64,000 bases of DNA from contig NC_047028.1 in assembly GCF_902652985.1 (NCBI RefSeq), positions 25,544,001-25,608,000 on the forward strand. Reading direction: 5' to 3'. Origin of the DNA: Pecten maximus. Lineage: Eukaryota. The translations under genes and the position numbers were made by a program. This document shows positions 12,701 through 25,260 of this stretch, piece after piece. Under the pieces are notes generated by a model, which worked only from the letters and a program-made list of their open reading frames with translations, was not told where the DNA came from and ran no database searches. Numbering within the stretch: position 1 is the first letter of the stretch; every line of letters begins with the position of its first letter.

Positions 12701-15700
12701 GCTTCTATTCTACATGTCCGAGCCTTTGCCTCGTTGCATCACTGAATAAGCTTATTATTAATTATTCACTATTTACAATACATCGGTAATTAACATGTTA
12801 ATGTAAATATTACCTCGTATACCCCTTTGTCTTTGACGTCACCAGCTTCAGACCTTTTTTGGTCAATGCCACTGAAGAGTTCCGTACACACCATGGGTAC
12901 AATGCCTTTGTTGGATTGGTATCCGACCATGGAATACGTCTTTCCACTTCCGGTTTGGCCGTACGCAAACAGGGAACAATTGTAGCCCTTCCACGCATTC
13001 TCCAGCACGCCTCTTCCCAGATCGTCAAATACACGTTTCTAGAGAGAGACACGAAAATCTTACATCAAGTGTCCTATTCCCTACTAGCAGTACAATATTC
13101 GTTTTATAAGCAACATACTGTCAATGAGATTTGATATTCCAGTGTTTACTTGCCCTGCCGTAAGGAAATTATAGCCATAGTCACCGCCATCTTTAGGCAA
13201 AAAACAAAAATACAAGTTAAAAATATAATAATCCTCTGAAATGAATCTCGAGATTGCAAGGCCGTTCAATTTGTTGACTTTGAACTTGCCTGGCGCTCCT
13301 CTGCAACCGATTGGTAATTTTTCCTCTTACACTAATCTTTGGGCATTACATATGAATGAATATCCTTGTTACCTGACCCTTTTTTCCGTTTCCGTTGGAC
13401 TACAATATAGGACAATAGGACAGTGTAGTCCAACGGAAACGGAAATAAGGCTCAGGGAACCAGACGAATGAATAAAAGGGTGTAGCGAGAGAAAGGGGAC
13501 GTAACTCATGGAGTATCGAGATACATATAAAGTCATTATACAGTACCTGATCGGCATATTTCGTTCCTGTTGGTTCCATGTATCCGTCCGGACGCGTGTT
13601 AAATTCATCATGTGACCAATACGAGTAGTCGAAATGAAACTTCTTGGGCTCCGCGCTCATTTCCTCGGGGTTGGTGATCTCCGTAGTTTTCCCCGCCATC
13701 TTGATGACAAGAGTGGCATTTCTCTCCTTCTCTCTGTCATTGTGGGTATTGTCAAGGACAAATTTATCCACCTACTGAATTATCAACCTATAAACATATC
13801 TAGATATGGCGCTTGTGATTTTCACAAAAAAATGTGTTTTCCCGCAATTCCATCAAACATATAAAAAGTATCAGGGTTGTCAAGCAATGATGATTTCTAA
13901 GATCAAATATAATTGTTATTATATTTCAAAAAGGATTGTCGAGCAAAAAAAGGTATTTATATAGACGGGGTTTGTTATATATAGGTATTTATATAGACGG
14001 GGTTTGTTATATACAGGTTTTTATATAGATGGGGTTTGTTATATACAGGAATTTATATAGACGGGGTTTGTTATATACAGGTATTTATATAGACGGGGTT
14101 TGTTATATACAGGTATTTATATAGATATGGTTTGTTATATACCGGTATTTATATAGACGGGGTTTGTTATATACAGGTTTTTATATAGACGGGGTTTGTT
14201 ATATACAGGTATTTATATAGATATGGTTTGTTATATACCGGTATTTATATAGACGGGGTTTGTTATATACAGGTTTTTATATAGACGGGGTTTATTATAT
14301 ACAGGTATTTATATAGACGTGGTTTGTTATATACAGGTGTTTATATAGACGGGGTTGGTTATATACAGGTATTTATATAGACGGGGTTTGTTATATACAG
14401 GTATTAATATAGACGGGGTTTGTTGTATACAAGTATTTATATAGACGTGGTTTGTTATATACAGGTGTTTATATAGACGGGGTTTGTTATATACAGATAT
14501 TTATATAGACGGGGTTTGTTATATACAGGTATTTATATAGATTGGATTTATTATATACAGGTATTTATATAGAACGGGTTTATTATATACAGGTATTTAT
14601 ATAGGCGGGGTTTATTATATACAGGTATTTGTATAGACGGGGTTCGTTTTATACAGGTATTTATATAGACGGAGCTTGTTTATACAGGTGTTTATATAGA
14701 CAGGGTTTGTTATATACAGGTATTTATATAGACGGGGTTTGTTATATACAGGTATTTATATAGACGGGGTTTGTTATATACAGATATTTATATAGACGGG
14801 GTTTGTTATATACAGGTATTTGTATAGACGTGGTTTGTTATATACAGGTTTTTATATAGACGGGTTTGTTATATACAGGTATTTATATAGACGTGGTTTG
14901 TAATATACAGGTATATATGTAGACGGGGTTTGTTATATACAGGTATTTATATAGACGGGGTTTGTTATATACAGGTATTTATATAGACGGGGTTTGTTAT
15001 ATACAGGTATTTATATAGACGGGTTTGTTATATACAGGTATTTATATAGACAGGGTTTGTTATATACAGGTATTTGTATAGACGTTTTTTTTTATAAACA
15101 TGTATTTATATAGACGGGGTTTGTTTTACACAGGTATTTATATAGACGGGGTTTGTTATATACAGGTATTTATATAGACGGGGTTTATTATATACAGGTA
15201 TTTATATAGACGGGGTTTGTTATATACAGGTGTTTATATAGACGGGGTTTGTTATATACAGGTACAGTATATATATACACGGGGTTTGTTATATACGGGT
15301 ATTTATATAGACGGGGTTTGTTTTATACAGGTATTTATATAGACGGGGTTTGTTATATACAGGTATTTATATAGACGGGGTTTGTTATATACAGGTATTT
15401 ATATAGATATGGTTTGTTATATACAGGTATTTATATAGACGGGGTTTATTATATACAGGTATTTATATAGACGGGGTTTGTTATATACAGGTATTTATAT
15501 AGACGGGGTTTGTTATAAACAGGTATTTATATAGAACGGGTTTATTATATACAGGTTTTTATATAGACGGGGTTTGTTATATACAGATATTTATATAGAC
15601 GGGGTTTATTATATACAGGTATTTATATAGACGGGGTTTGTTTTATACAGATATTTATATAGACGGGGTTTGTTATATACAGGTTTTTGTATAGATATGG

Positions 15701-18700
15701 TTTGTTATATACCGGTATTTATATAGACGGGGTTTGTTATATACAGGTTTTTATATAGACGGGGTTTGTTATATACAGGTATTCAAATAGACGGGGTTTA
15801 TTATATACAAGTATTTATATAGATATGGTTTATTATATACAGGTATTTATATAGACGTGGTTTTTTATATACAGGTGTTTATATAGACGGGGTTGGTTAT
15901 ATACAGGTATTTATATAGACGGGGTTTGTTATATACAGGTATTTATATAGACGGGGTTTGTTATATACAGATATTTATATAGACGGGGTTTGTTATATAC
16001 AGGTATTTGTATAGACGTGGTTTGTTATATACAGGTTTTTATATAGACGGGGTTTATTATATACAGGTATTTATATAGACGGGGTTTGTTATATACAGGT
16101 ATTTATATAGACGGGGTTTGTTATAAACAGGTATTTATATAGAACGGGTTTATTATATACAGGTTTTTATATAGACGGGGTTTGTTATATACAGATATTT
16201 ATATAGACGGGGTTTATTATATACAGGTATTTATATAGACGGGGTTTGTTTTATACAGATATTTATATAGACGGGGTTTGTTATATACAGGTTTTTGTAT
16301 AGATATGGTTTGTTATATACCGGTATTTATATAGACGGGGTTTGTTATATACAGGTTTTTATATAGACGGGGTTTGTTATATACAGGTATTCAAATAGAC
16401 GGGGTTTATTATATACAAGTATTTAACTAGATATGGTTTATTATATACAGGTATTTATATAGACGTGGTTTGTTATATACAGGTGTTTATATAGACGGGG
16501 TTTGTTATATACAGGTATTTATATAGACGGGGTTTGTTATATACAGGTATTTATATAGACGGGGTTTGTTATATACAGATATTTATATACACGGGGTTTG
16601 TTATATACAGGTATTTGTATAGACGTGGTTTGTTATATACAGGTTTTTATATAGACGGGTTTGTTATATACAGGTATTTATATAGACGTGGTTTGTAATA
16701 TACAGGTATATATATAGACGGGGTTTGTTATATACAGGTATTTATATAGACGGGGTTTGTTATATACAGGTATTTATATAGACGGGTTTGTTATATACAG
16801 GTATTTATATAGACAGGGTTTGTTATATACAGGTATTTGTATAGACGTTTTTTTTTTATAAACATATATTTATATAGACGGGGTTTGTTTTACACAGGTA
16901 TTTATATAGACGGGGTTTGTTATATACAGGTATTTATATAGACGGGGTTTATTATATACAGGTATTTATATAGACGGGGTTTGTTATATACAGGTGTTTA
17001 TATAGACGGGGTTTGTTATATACAGGTACAGTATATATATACACGGGGTTTGTTATATACAGGTATTTATATAGACGGGGTTTGTTTTACACAGGTATTT
17101 ATATAGACGGGGTTTGTTATATACAGGTATTTATATAGACGGGGTTTGTTATATACAGGTATTTATATAGATATGGTTTGTTATATACAGGTATTTATAT
17201 AGACGGGGTTTATTATATACAGGTATTTATATAGACGGGGTTTGTTATATACAGGTATTTATATAGACGGGGTTTGTTATAAACAGGTATTTATATAGAA
17301 CGGGTTTATTATATACAGGTTTTTATATAGACGGGGTTTGTTATATACAGATATTTATATAGACGGGGTTTATTATATACAGGTATTTATATAGACGGGG
17401 TTTGTTATATACAGATATTTATATAGACGGGTTTGTTATATACAGGTATTCATATAGACGGGGTTTGTTATATACAGGTATTTATATAGACGGGGTTTGT
17501 TATATACAGGTATTTTATAGACGGGGTTTGTTGTATACAGGTATTTATATAGGCGGGGTTTATTATATACAGGTATTTATATAGACGGGGTTTGTTATAT
17601 ACAGGAATTTATATAGACGGGGTTTGTTATATACAGATATTTATATAGACGGGGTTTGTTATATACAGGTATTTATATAGACGGGGTTTATTATATACAA
17701 GTGATCATTTTATGCAGTGTTTTGATGATATACATATGCTTATTATAGACAGAATTTTGTTATATTAATGCAATCCTTATAGCCAGGCTGTCTTTATAGA
17801 CAGGGTTTTGTTCCACATAGTAACTAAGGGGCAGGTTCGACTGTCAATATATCAATGTGGACACGATAATAAAACGTATACGAAACAGTGAAAATTTCCT
17901 TTACAATTTTAGATACAATGTATGTATACATAACAATACCTGTTACGTACGTCTATTGTAATATCTAAACCTGACCTTATTTATCAAGTTAGAACTGCTT
18001 TAGGATACCGTGCGACATGAACAGTGACATCATATTGACAATGTGGGGCTGTAGTGGCCTACTTATCTAAGATAGAGTCAATATTTGGCTGTCGTTGGTA
18101 GTTACGCCAGTCGTGACAATGACAAAAGTGAATTTTCGTGGAACTTCAATACAGTGTACCATGGCCTATTGTTGACTATGACTTGTAAATAAAGGTGGGA
18201 TATGGAAAGTTTTCGAATGGTTTATTTGGTTTATTTTGTTTAACGTCCTATCAACAGCCACGGTCATTTAAGGACGTGCCAGGTTTTAAAGGTGGAGGAA
18301 AGCCGGAGTACCCGCAGAAAAACGTGTGGGTTTGAACTCGCGACCCAGAGGTGGAGGGCTTGTAATACAGTGTCGAGACACCTTAACCACTCAGCCACCC
18401 CCCACCCCCACCCCCCAGTTTACAACACCGGTATGTTTATTGATCCTATTTATCGATCGGGGTTGTCAATGCAATGTTAAGGGATTTAAACTATTCCCCT
18501 ACTGCTATTTAACTTTGAAGTTATTAATCACAATTTAAGGTTATTACTTTTAAATGACTATATGGTAACACTTGGTATAATTGATCCGCGTTACATAAAT
18601 GTGCAGTTAAATCAGTAATATCGAGTCACACGAAAATTGCGCTGTCAATTAAATTCGGTATAAGCTTTTAAATGCATTTGAGTTTTTCACGCTCATGTAC

Positions 18701-19197
18701 TTGTTTGCATACATAACAGGTGTTCCCATGTTCACGTATTGATACCCTATGGAGTTGAAACGTAAACCTTATGGTGGACAATTTTTATTTTCCATTAACT
18801 ATATATATACCGCTATTATTTCTGTTTGGGCGACGAAATACCAATTAACACAACATACTTAGTGTATACTGACATAGAGAGCCTTATTTTAATCCTACGA
18901 TGGCACGTTTATCTAAATATAACACCTAGAACTACTACTACTAACACATTGGCTTTTATCGATTATCGATTACCTGAACCGGAAATGAAGATGTACGGGT
19001 ACTAATCTTACCTGTCTTACGATCGTCGATTGCGCGTGCGTGCTTGGCAACGCTCGATCGATTGTTGCTGATGCTGTTTACATCTCCATGTGCACATGCT
19101 TAGTGGACACAATATATATACATATATACATAGATAAACATAACACAAAGGATATGAATGGTCTCACGCGAACGGCTACCTTCACGTTTTCCGCCAT
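717..19197 (-). CDS. KIF28: Kinesin-3 family motor, KIF28-like (motor domain, coiled coil, FHA domain and following region); 3' end lies beyond the left edge of the window
   Basis: 19 phase-compatible exons, 2295 nt = 765 codons: 19156-19197, 13547-13741, 12814-13038, 12263-12380, 11595-11706, 10823-10930, 10064-10182, 9213-9283, 8354-8414, 7787-7936, 7029-7144, 6122-6236, 5753-5816, 5231-5359, 4529-4689, 3984-4132, 2176-2313, 1644-1779, 717-802. Motifs: [25 protein letters not shown]-loop [50 protein letters not shown]-like '[21 protein letters not shown]', DPFWEP. All introns are GT-AG except intron 1 (AT-AC). The KIF28 subfamily call is by recognition, not by search. Confidence 0.93.
1167..1379. 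mobile_element. MITE-like non-autonomous DNA element
   Basis: Imperfect terminal inverted repeats: ctgtaaacatacgtacttattttggcg ... ccactaaaatatgtacgtttgcagta; no coding capacity. Confidence 0.5.
4809..4848. repeat. Poly-C tract
   Basis: About 40 nt of almost pure C inside a kinesin intron. Confidence 0.9.
8802..9086. repeat. 49-bp minisatellite, about 6 copies
   Basis: Unit cactgtcaagtcctagaaggacgatacagctgtatgatgtcactagcat recurring every 49 bp (around 8803, 8852, 8901, 8950, 8999, 9048). Confidence 0.92.
9818..10100 (-). repeat. 58-59-bp tandem repeat made of the 3' end of kinesin exon 7 plus its splice donor, about 5 copies
   Basis: Minus-strand unit CATCAACGCTCTAGCTATGAACAAACCATTCA|GTAAGTTATCAATCTGCCTATAAACGC; donor-like GT at 10063, 10005, 9946, 9887 and 9828. 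Confidence 0.92.
10273..10439 (-). mobile_element. Short tRNA-derived element (SINE- or TRIM-like)
   Basis: Minus-strand tRNA-like head with A-box TAGCTTGATCGG and B-box GGTTCGATCC (about 10385-10319), bounded by the 8-bp direct repeat TTGTTACA (10273-10280 and 10432-10439). Confidence 0.55.
13383..13445. repeat. Perfect 22-bp inverted repeat with a 19-nt loop
   Basis: tttccgtttccgttggactaca (13383-13404) and tgtagtccaacggaaacggaaa (13424-13445). Confidence 0.9.
13951..17700. repeat. 32-bp satellite array, about 117 copies, with higher-order duplications
   Basis: Consensus aggtatttatatagacggggtttgttatatac; diagnostic variants recur at offsets of about 1763 bp and 608 bp. Confidence 0.97.
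18218..18400 (-). mobile_element. tRNA-derived SINE copy, internally deleted
   Basis: Shares tttgtttaacgtcc...aaggacgtgccaggtttt..ggtggagga..gtaccc with 35284-35432. The right part (ttgaactcgcgacc...cttaaccactcagcc) is the reverse complement of a tRNA-like A/B-box head. Confidence 0.7.
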
Positions 19198-20125
19198 GAT
19201 TGTTTTCCTTGCTTATTCCTGGAACAGTACCTTACTGTCGCTAAGATATACTTAAAGACATTCCTGTTAATTCCGTTGACTAATAAAGAGATATCTATTC
19301 CCTGGTGACATCAAAATCTGGTAAATTCCACTGATAAATTGTTAAATGTCTCTAAATGTTTCCCGACAAACAGTCCTTAAATCCCCGTCGAAGACAAAAA
19401 CACATTCCTGTCGCTATGATTGTGATCATGTGTTTGTAAAATGTTTTCTGAGAATTCCTCTTCACTTTACTTCATGAAACATGTGATTGGACACGGAATT
19501 CACCTACAGACAACACAATGATCAGCTCCAAATCAATATATGTGCCTCTATCACACGGTATACACATGTGTACATACATACATATGTATAGTATGCTAAG
19601 CTAGTGTAACTGATTACGGGTACGCATGAACAGCACACATTATGTTTTGGTAAATGATCGTCGAGCGTTGTATTGATCAGTATTCATACCGAGGCGTATA
19701 TCTAGTGTGTTCATACCCACTACTAACAGCTCTCCGAACACACAATACCGACATAAGAGGTTGATCTACCCGACAGGATTTAAAGGCCTTGTTTAATGTC
19801 AGGTTTTTACACGAACTTAGTTCTCGACTGTTACAATGTAAGACGCTTTATACTGGAATTTAAATATACAATGCCCTTGTTAGCTTCATTTTATAAAACC
19901 TTCATGAATCGCCATGCATATAATTACAAAACGTTTTTAGTCATCCATGACCATGTAAAATGATTTTTTTAACTAAAGGGAGGTAATGTATAATTTACCA
20001 ATACATTCGAAAAGCATTCACTTTCATTTTTGATTTAGATAGAAACTGTCATTCTCAACTCCAATGTGCGATACATAATCACATAATTATGAACGAAATA
20101 CTTACACGACATGACAACCAGATCT

Positions 20126-20128
<3 letters not shown>

Positions 20129-20180
<52 letters not shown>

Positions 20181-20189
20181 GGGGGGGGG
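20129..20189. repeat. (GA)n microsatellite followed by a poly-G run
   Basis: About 20 GA units, then about 20 G. Confidence 0.95.
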
Positions 20190-20469
20190 ATATGACGGCA
20201 GAGGCAAGTACTTAACACTTTTCTGTTTTCTGATTTAAATTCAATTTAATAACAAAAATATACTATCTTTAGTAACAGAGTTGTTGATTACAATATATCT
20301 ACATATAAACGTTCAATTTGGAAACAAAAAATGCTCATTAAGTTTATATGCAAATATAAGAATTTCGAAACTTATTCACAAACGTATTACTATGTAATAC
20401 CATCCCATCAGGCGATATATTATAGATAGCTATATTAACAATTCAATAATAAATATGTTTACATATATA

Positions 20470-21678
20470 CGAGGGATAATTGATATGTTGTGAGCCTCGT
20501 ATTGAAGGAGGTACTCAAGGTTGTTCTTTTTAAGTCCTACTATTCTCTGACTATATAGGGCCGTGTGCCCAAGGACTGGTCTCATTTCGTTGATTTATAT
20601 CGACGAAGTGGCACACTATGTACAGTAAACAAGACAAGCTGCTTTTGCAAAATGTACAAAATTGGTGAAAGAGCAGTGATCCAATATTTGCATGAAAAGG
20701 TTTAACACCCGAGGATATCCATAATGACATAGTAGTAATACTAGGGAAAGATGCCCCTTTATATGCTACAGAGAAAAGGTGGGTGGCGGAATTTAAGCGC
20801 GGCTGACAGAGCCTTGAAGATGAACCCTTCCTGGCCTGTCAATGTTGCAACTCCAGATGTGGTCAATAAAATTCATGATATTCTTTTGACTGACAGACGA
20901 GTTAGAGAAAGATATATAGCCAGTATAATTGGTAATTCTCAGGAAGGAGTACATTCCATTCTGACCAAGGATCTTGCAATGAAAAAGCTTTCGGCTCGAC
21001 TGGTTCCAAGACTTCTGACAGTTGATCAGAAGCACACCAGGTGCAAATTATCGCGTGCTAATCTTAACCTTTTTGAGGAAGATCCTGCCAGCTGTCTTCA
21101 GAGATTTGTCACTATGGATGAAACTTGAATTTTACCCCAGAGGCCAAACAACAATCGAAATAATAGAAGCACCCTGGCTCTCACCCGCAAAAGATGGTAA
21201 AGACTGTTCCATCAGCAGGGAAGGTTATGGCTTTGGTTTTCTGAGAAGCAGATGGTATTCTGCTGATAGCTTACCTCTAAAAGGGACAAAAATCAACGGC
21301 ACATACTATGCTTCACTTCTGAGGCAGCTACGGGAAAATATTAAACTTAAGCGCTGCGGAAAGCTCACTAAAGTTGTGTTATTCTATCAGGACAATGCCC
21401 CTGTTCACAAGTTTGTCATTGCCATAGCTGTGGCTTTAAATTGATTGAACATCCGCCTTATTCAGGCATCCACTTTCAGTCCGATGATGACGTCATACAT
21501 ACAGTGGTTGACTTTCAGAACAGCCAAGAAAAGGAGTTCTGTAAAAGTTGCATCGAGGCCCTGAAAACTGTTGGCAAAAGTGTATAGACACTGAAAGGGA
21601 TTATGTTGAAAAATAATACAATATATCCGGCAAAATTCAAGTCCTTCAATATGAGGCGGCTCACAACATCAGTTCTCA
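20470..21678 (+). mobile_element. Mariner (Tc1/mariner) DNA transposon with a decayed transposase
   Basis: TA-flanked degenerate TIRs (cgagggataattgatatgttgtgagcctcgtattgaagga / tccttcaatatgaggcggctcacaacatcagttctca). Transposase fragments run from about 20652 across several frames: HTH region, LVPRLLT (WVPRLL motif), FVTMDET, QDNAPVH and HPPYS, with frameshifts, stops and loss of the PDLAPSD segment. Confidence 0.9.
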
Positions 21679-23234
21679 TAGATTAAAGCAAGCATGACAT
21701 AATAGATTTAAAAAAAATTCTTTATTTAATTATTTAGATATTAACAAATAATCAAAAAGTGAACAATTATTTTTCTTCCAAATGACAAGTGGTGTGTGAA
21801 AAAAAAATATGTTATAGAATATTTTTTTTCTTAATCTGGCATATCCATTTGTACCACAGAAAATCGATTCCAGCAGCTATTTTAATTTGACAAAGTGATA
21901 CCAAGTTTAAAGAGTTATCGCCCTGTAACCGTTAAATTTTGACTTTCAACATTACATTCACAGAATGCTAAACCATTGTATCAAGAATGGTGCATTTAAT
22001 TTAAATTATTTTGAAACTTCGAAACAGGTGGAATAGTCTTCCGTCAAATCCATCTCCTTTTGGGTTCAAATGTAGTCTAACATATTCGGAAAATGCTTAT
22101 GCATATTCTGTATTATAATTGCGGTTCCAACAAGGACAAACTACATCACCCACGATTAAGATTGTAGCGTAGCTCCTTACAAAGTCATTTCAAAAGTTGC
22201 CACAAATATTATACTATCTCAAATAGGCATATATATGGTGAAATCAAACACAGTAGACATTTTCCGTTTGAATGTAACAGTTACAACATTAAAAGATGTT
22301 ACATATAATATTTATTCTGTTCATAATTGGCATAACATTCTTTATCAAATTGAAATAAAAGGTTTAAACTAAAAAAAAAAACTAAAAAAAAACCCCACAC
22401 GCAATTAATAAATCCAATATACTATAATTAGGTAACACTGTATTATTTGAAATATTCGAGGGTACTTGATTTTTGTGGGTTTACTATGATAATTTTGTGA
22501 TATAAACATTTCTGGGTATCCATATACAAATGTATACAAATATTAGCCTAAATTTAGATTTAACAAGTCATATTTTTGTCGTAGCTCTTTTCCAAATACG
22601 AACATAACGAATGTTTATATACATGTCTTTATTTACAATAGGCAATATTGCCTTTGAGGAGATACAAAACAATTACAATTTATGGTGGAAATTTGATGTA
22701 CAATTGAGTAGTAATACGTTAATAAGTTCAATAAGGAACAGTAATAATTCAGTTAGCCTATGGATATAACAAACCAACAAAACAAAAGTAAGCGAAGGGT
22801 GAAAAAAAAAATCAGTTAAATAATCTTTCATTCTTTTTCATTAGCTTTGTAAATTTATATAGCCAAATTTTGAACAATGATTACAAAGAGCATAGGATGG
22901 ATGTTGTAACGTCTTGTATATACGGATATCCAGACATCCGGAATACACCTCTCCTTCCAGGGAAAAGTAATGCTATTTAATTTTCCTCCTGCAATTGTCG
23001 TGCGTGCTTATTATAAAAACAGGAAATGGACAACCAACCACAATCGAAGCATGTGCATAACAGCATGGTCAATCTTCTTGACAATGATGACAAAAGTGCA
23101 TGATTTGTAAAAAAAAAAAGAAAAAAAAAAGTGATATATCATAAGTTCCCTCTAGAAGACTATTGAAATGTCTCCCAACTCCCCGGTTTTCACTAGACTA
23201 TTACAGTCTTTGCTTTATATATAATATTACACTG

Positions 23235-25260
23235 TTAAAGACTAAGATTTATTGCTTTCAATATTTGAGATTCCATACCTAACAAATCAGAATACTCCGA
23301 CACAGTCAATATGTTTTCTTCCAAAGGCTCGGATGCAGTCATATTTAAAATTGCATACCCGTCATCAGATGGCGCTTTGCCAACCGTGACAATATGAATG
23401 CCATCAGATTTTACTGCAGTCACAGTCTCTTGCAAGTTTGATGTGAACATGTCGTCCGGATAAAACATTATGAGGATCACGTCCTGCACTTCCGGTCGAT
23501 CACCAATGGAACCGTTATAGATCTTTCCATGTATTTTATTAAGAGCCCTTTTTATTTTGTTTCCGGTAATGGTGGAAAAGCTTATTTCTTCAAGTGCTTC
23601 AATCTGCGCTGAGCTGTTGAGGAATGCGTCCAGTCGAAATTTAATGCTAGTGACACCACCGAAAACTGCGGCAGCTAATCTGACGTCATGGAGTTGACCA
23701 ACGAGGTGCTGAACGTAACTTATCATAGCATGGAAATCCGTTTCGTTGGTATTCTTTGAAAAGTCCAATAACACCGTCAAGTCAACAGATCTCACTTTAG
23801 AATAGAAAATATTGAAACATTATTAATTCCTAGACATCATAAATACAATGTAGATTTTGACTAAATAAGACAAGTATCTCAATAATAACAATTTTCTAGA
23901 ATACATTTTTTTTTATTATATAGCCAATTAACCTTTGCATAATCGGAGGTTAAAATAATGGTATGCATGCGTTCCTGATTAATTACATCATAATGTTGTT
24001 GACTATAATGTTTTTTTTTATATAACTGTATACATATACATGGTCAGCCATGCAATAAAGCCACTGTAAACATACTTTTATTGTATGGGATGAACCAGTA
24101 TTCACCCTTAGGTATGAGAAAATTTCTGTTTTATTTTGAGAATCATCTAAATATACTTCATTACACACATACCATTCGGTTTTCTTAAACATTGTGCTTA
24201 AATGCACACCGGTCGAGATAAAACAGTATCAGCGAGTATCAAGTTGGATGAAAAATAAAAAATATGTCGTCATAGAGAAATTAAAATTAATCTCTATACT
24301 GATATTGGTTTCGTTTAATAGCATTCGCCACTTAAAGCCAGTATAAATATGATTTGTTTTAGCAGCATGGAACAAAATAGTACTTACATTCCGTGATACA
24401 AGTATGATTCCCGCTCCACAGCACAACGCATGTTTCGGTCTTGGAGCATAGGCGAGATCTACAAGGTCCTAGGCTTTCCTAGAATTATAAATAAACATTC
24501 CTTCTGCTTAATGTATTCAATGTTTTATATATGTATTTGATGACAATATCGAAATATTTCATATAAATGAAAAAAAAAAAAATCAACTTGTATCTTAATG
24601 ACAGTTTTGAATTTGATATCTTAGATACGTACGATTGGGTTGCTTTACAAAAAATGTCAATATTTGAAAAATACATTTACTAAGTTTTGAAGACGCCGGT
24701 TCCTTTGTTTTTTTGTGTTACTCATTTGTGAGTTGTTTCAGCCTAGACTTAAGCACTTAAAACGTCCCTCTTTATTTTCTGAAGGAAATATGTTCTAATT
24801 TTTTTTTTTTGGAAACAACGACCAATTTTTCAACTTTATTGTCGGATTTCCAATGCGTACGTAGACGAAAACTGCCTGAATGTTAAGATGTCATCAGCTT
24901 TATATTCAGGTTTCACTTATGAAAACTTACCGGAAGTGTTTGGTTCCAGTCAGGTTCGAAATAAACATCAGCTCTGTCCCCGGTAAATAATTTGTTGTCA
25001 TTTAACTTTCCAAGGGAACAGCTCAGGGTTTCCCTGTTGTATCCAACGCTTTTACATTTAGACCTCTCCATACAGGCCCTCTGACAGGCGGCCAGTCCTG
25101 TGGTGGTCACTGTCTTGAACACTCCTTTTGATATATGATGCTCCAAAAAACTTTCGCCCTCTAATCGTCCGTTATTACAGACCGATAATGCATATCCTAT
25201 CAACACTGATAGTAAGAAAGACATTTTGTATATCTGCTTTGTTTGACTCCAAATCCCCAT
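23235..25260 (-). CDS. Secreted PAN/Apple + short Cys-rich module + von Willebrand factor A domain protein, about 326 aa
   Basis: Three GT-AG, phase-compatible exons totalling 981 nt. 24931-25260: signal peptide and PAN motif CQRACMERSKCKSVGYNRETLSCSL. 24388-24478: GPCRSRLCSKTETCVVLWSGNHTC. 23235-23794: VWA (DLTVLLDFS...FRLDAF...GDRPEVQDVILIM...GIHIVTVG..ASEP). Confidence 0.82.

Larger units (their letters stand above)
13742..19155 (-). other. U12-type (minor spliceosome) AT-AC intron, intron 1 of the KIF28-like CDS
   Basis: On the minus strand the 5' splice site is ATATCCTTTG (19155-19146), directly after the RPF codons. The branch site TCCTTGAC is at 13758-13751 and the terminal AC at 13743-13742. 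Splicing joins RVRPF|NDRE in phase 0. Confidence 0.93.

Noticed and set aside
13400-13771. ORF-track start [10 protein letters not shown] as the kinesin N-terminus
   Set aside because: These codons overlap the U12 branch site and acceptor. The conserved [10 protein letters not shown] exon is at 19156-19197.
13951-17700. CRISPR-like array of ~32-bp repeats, and ORF 17402-17584
   Set aside because: Units are head-to-tail with no unique spacers, there are no cas genes, and the context is a eukaryotic intron. The ORF is simply translated satellite.
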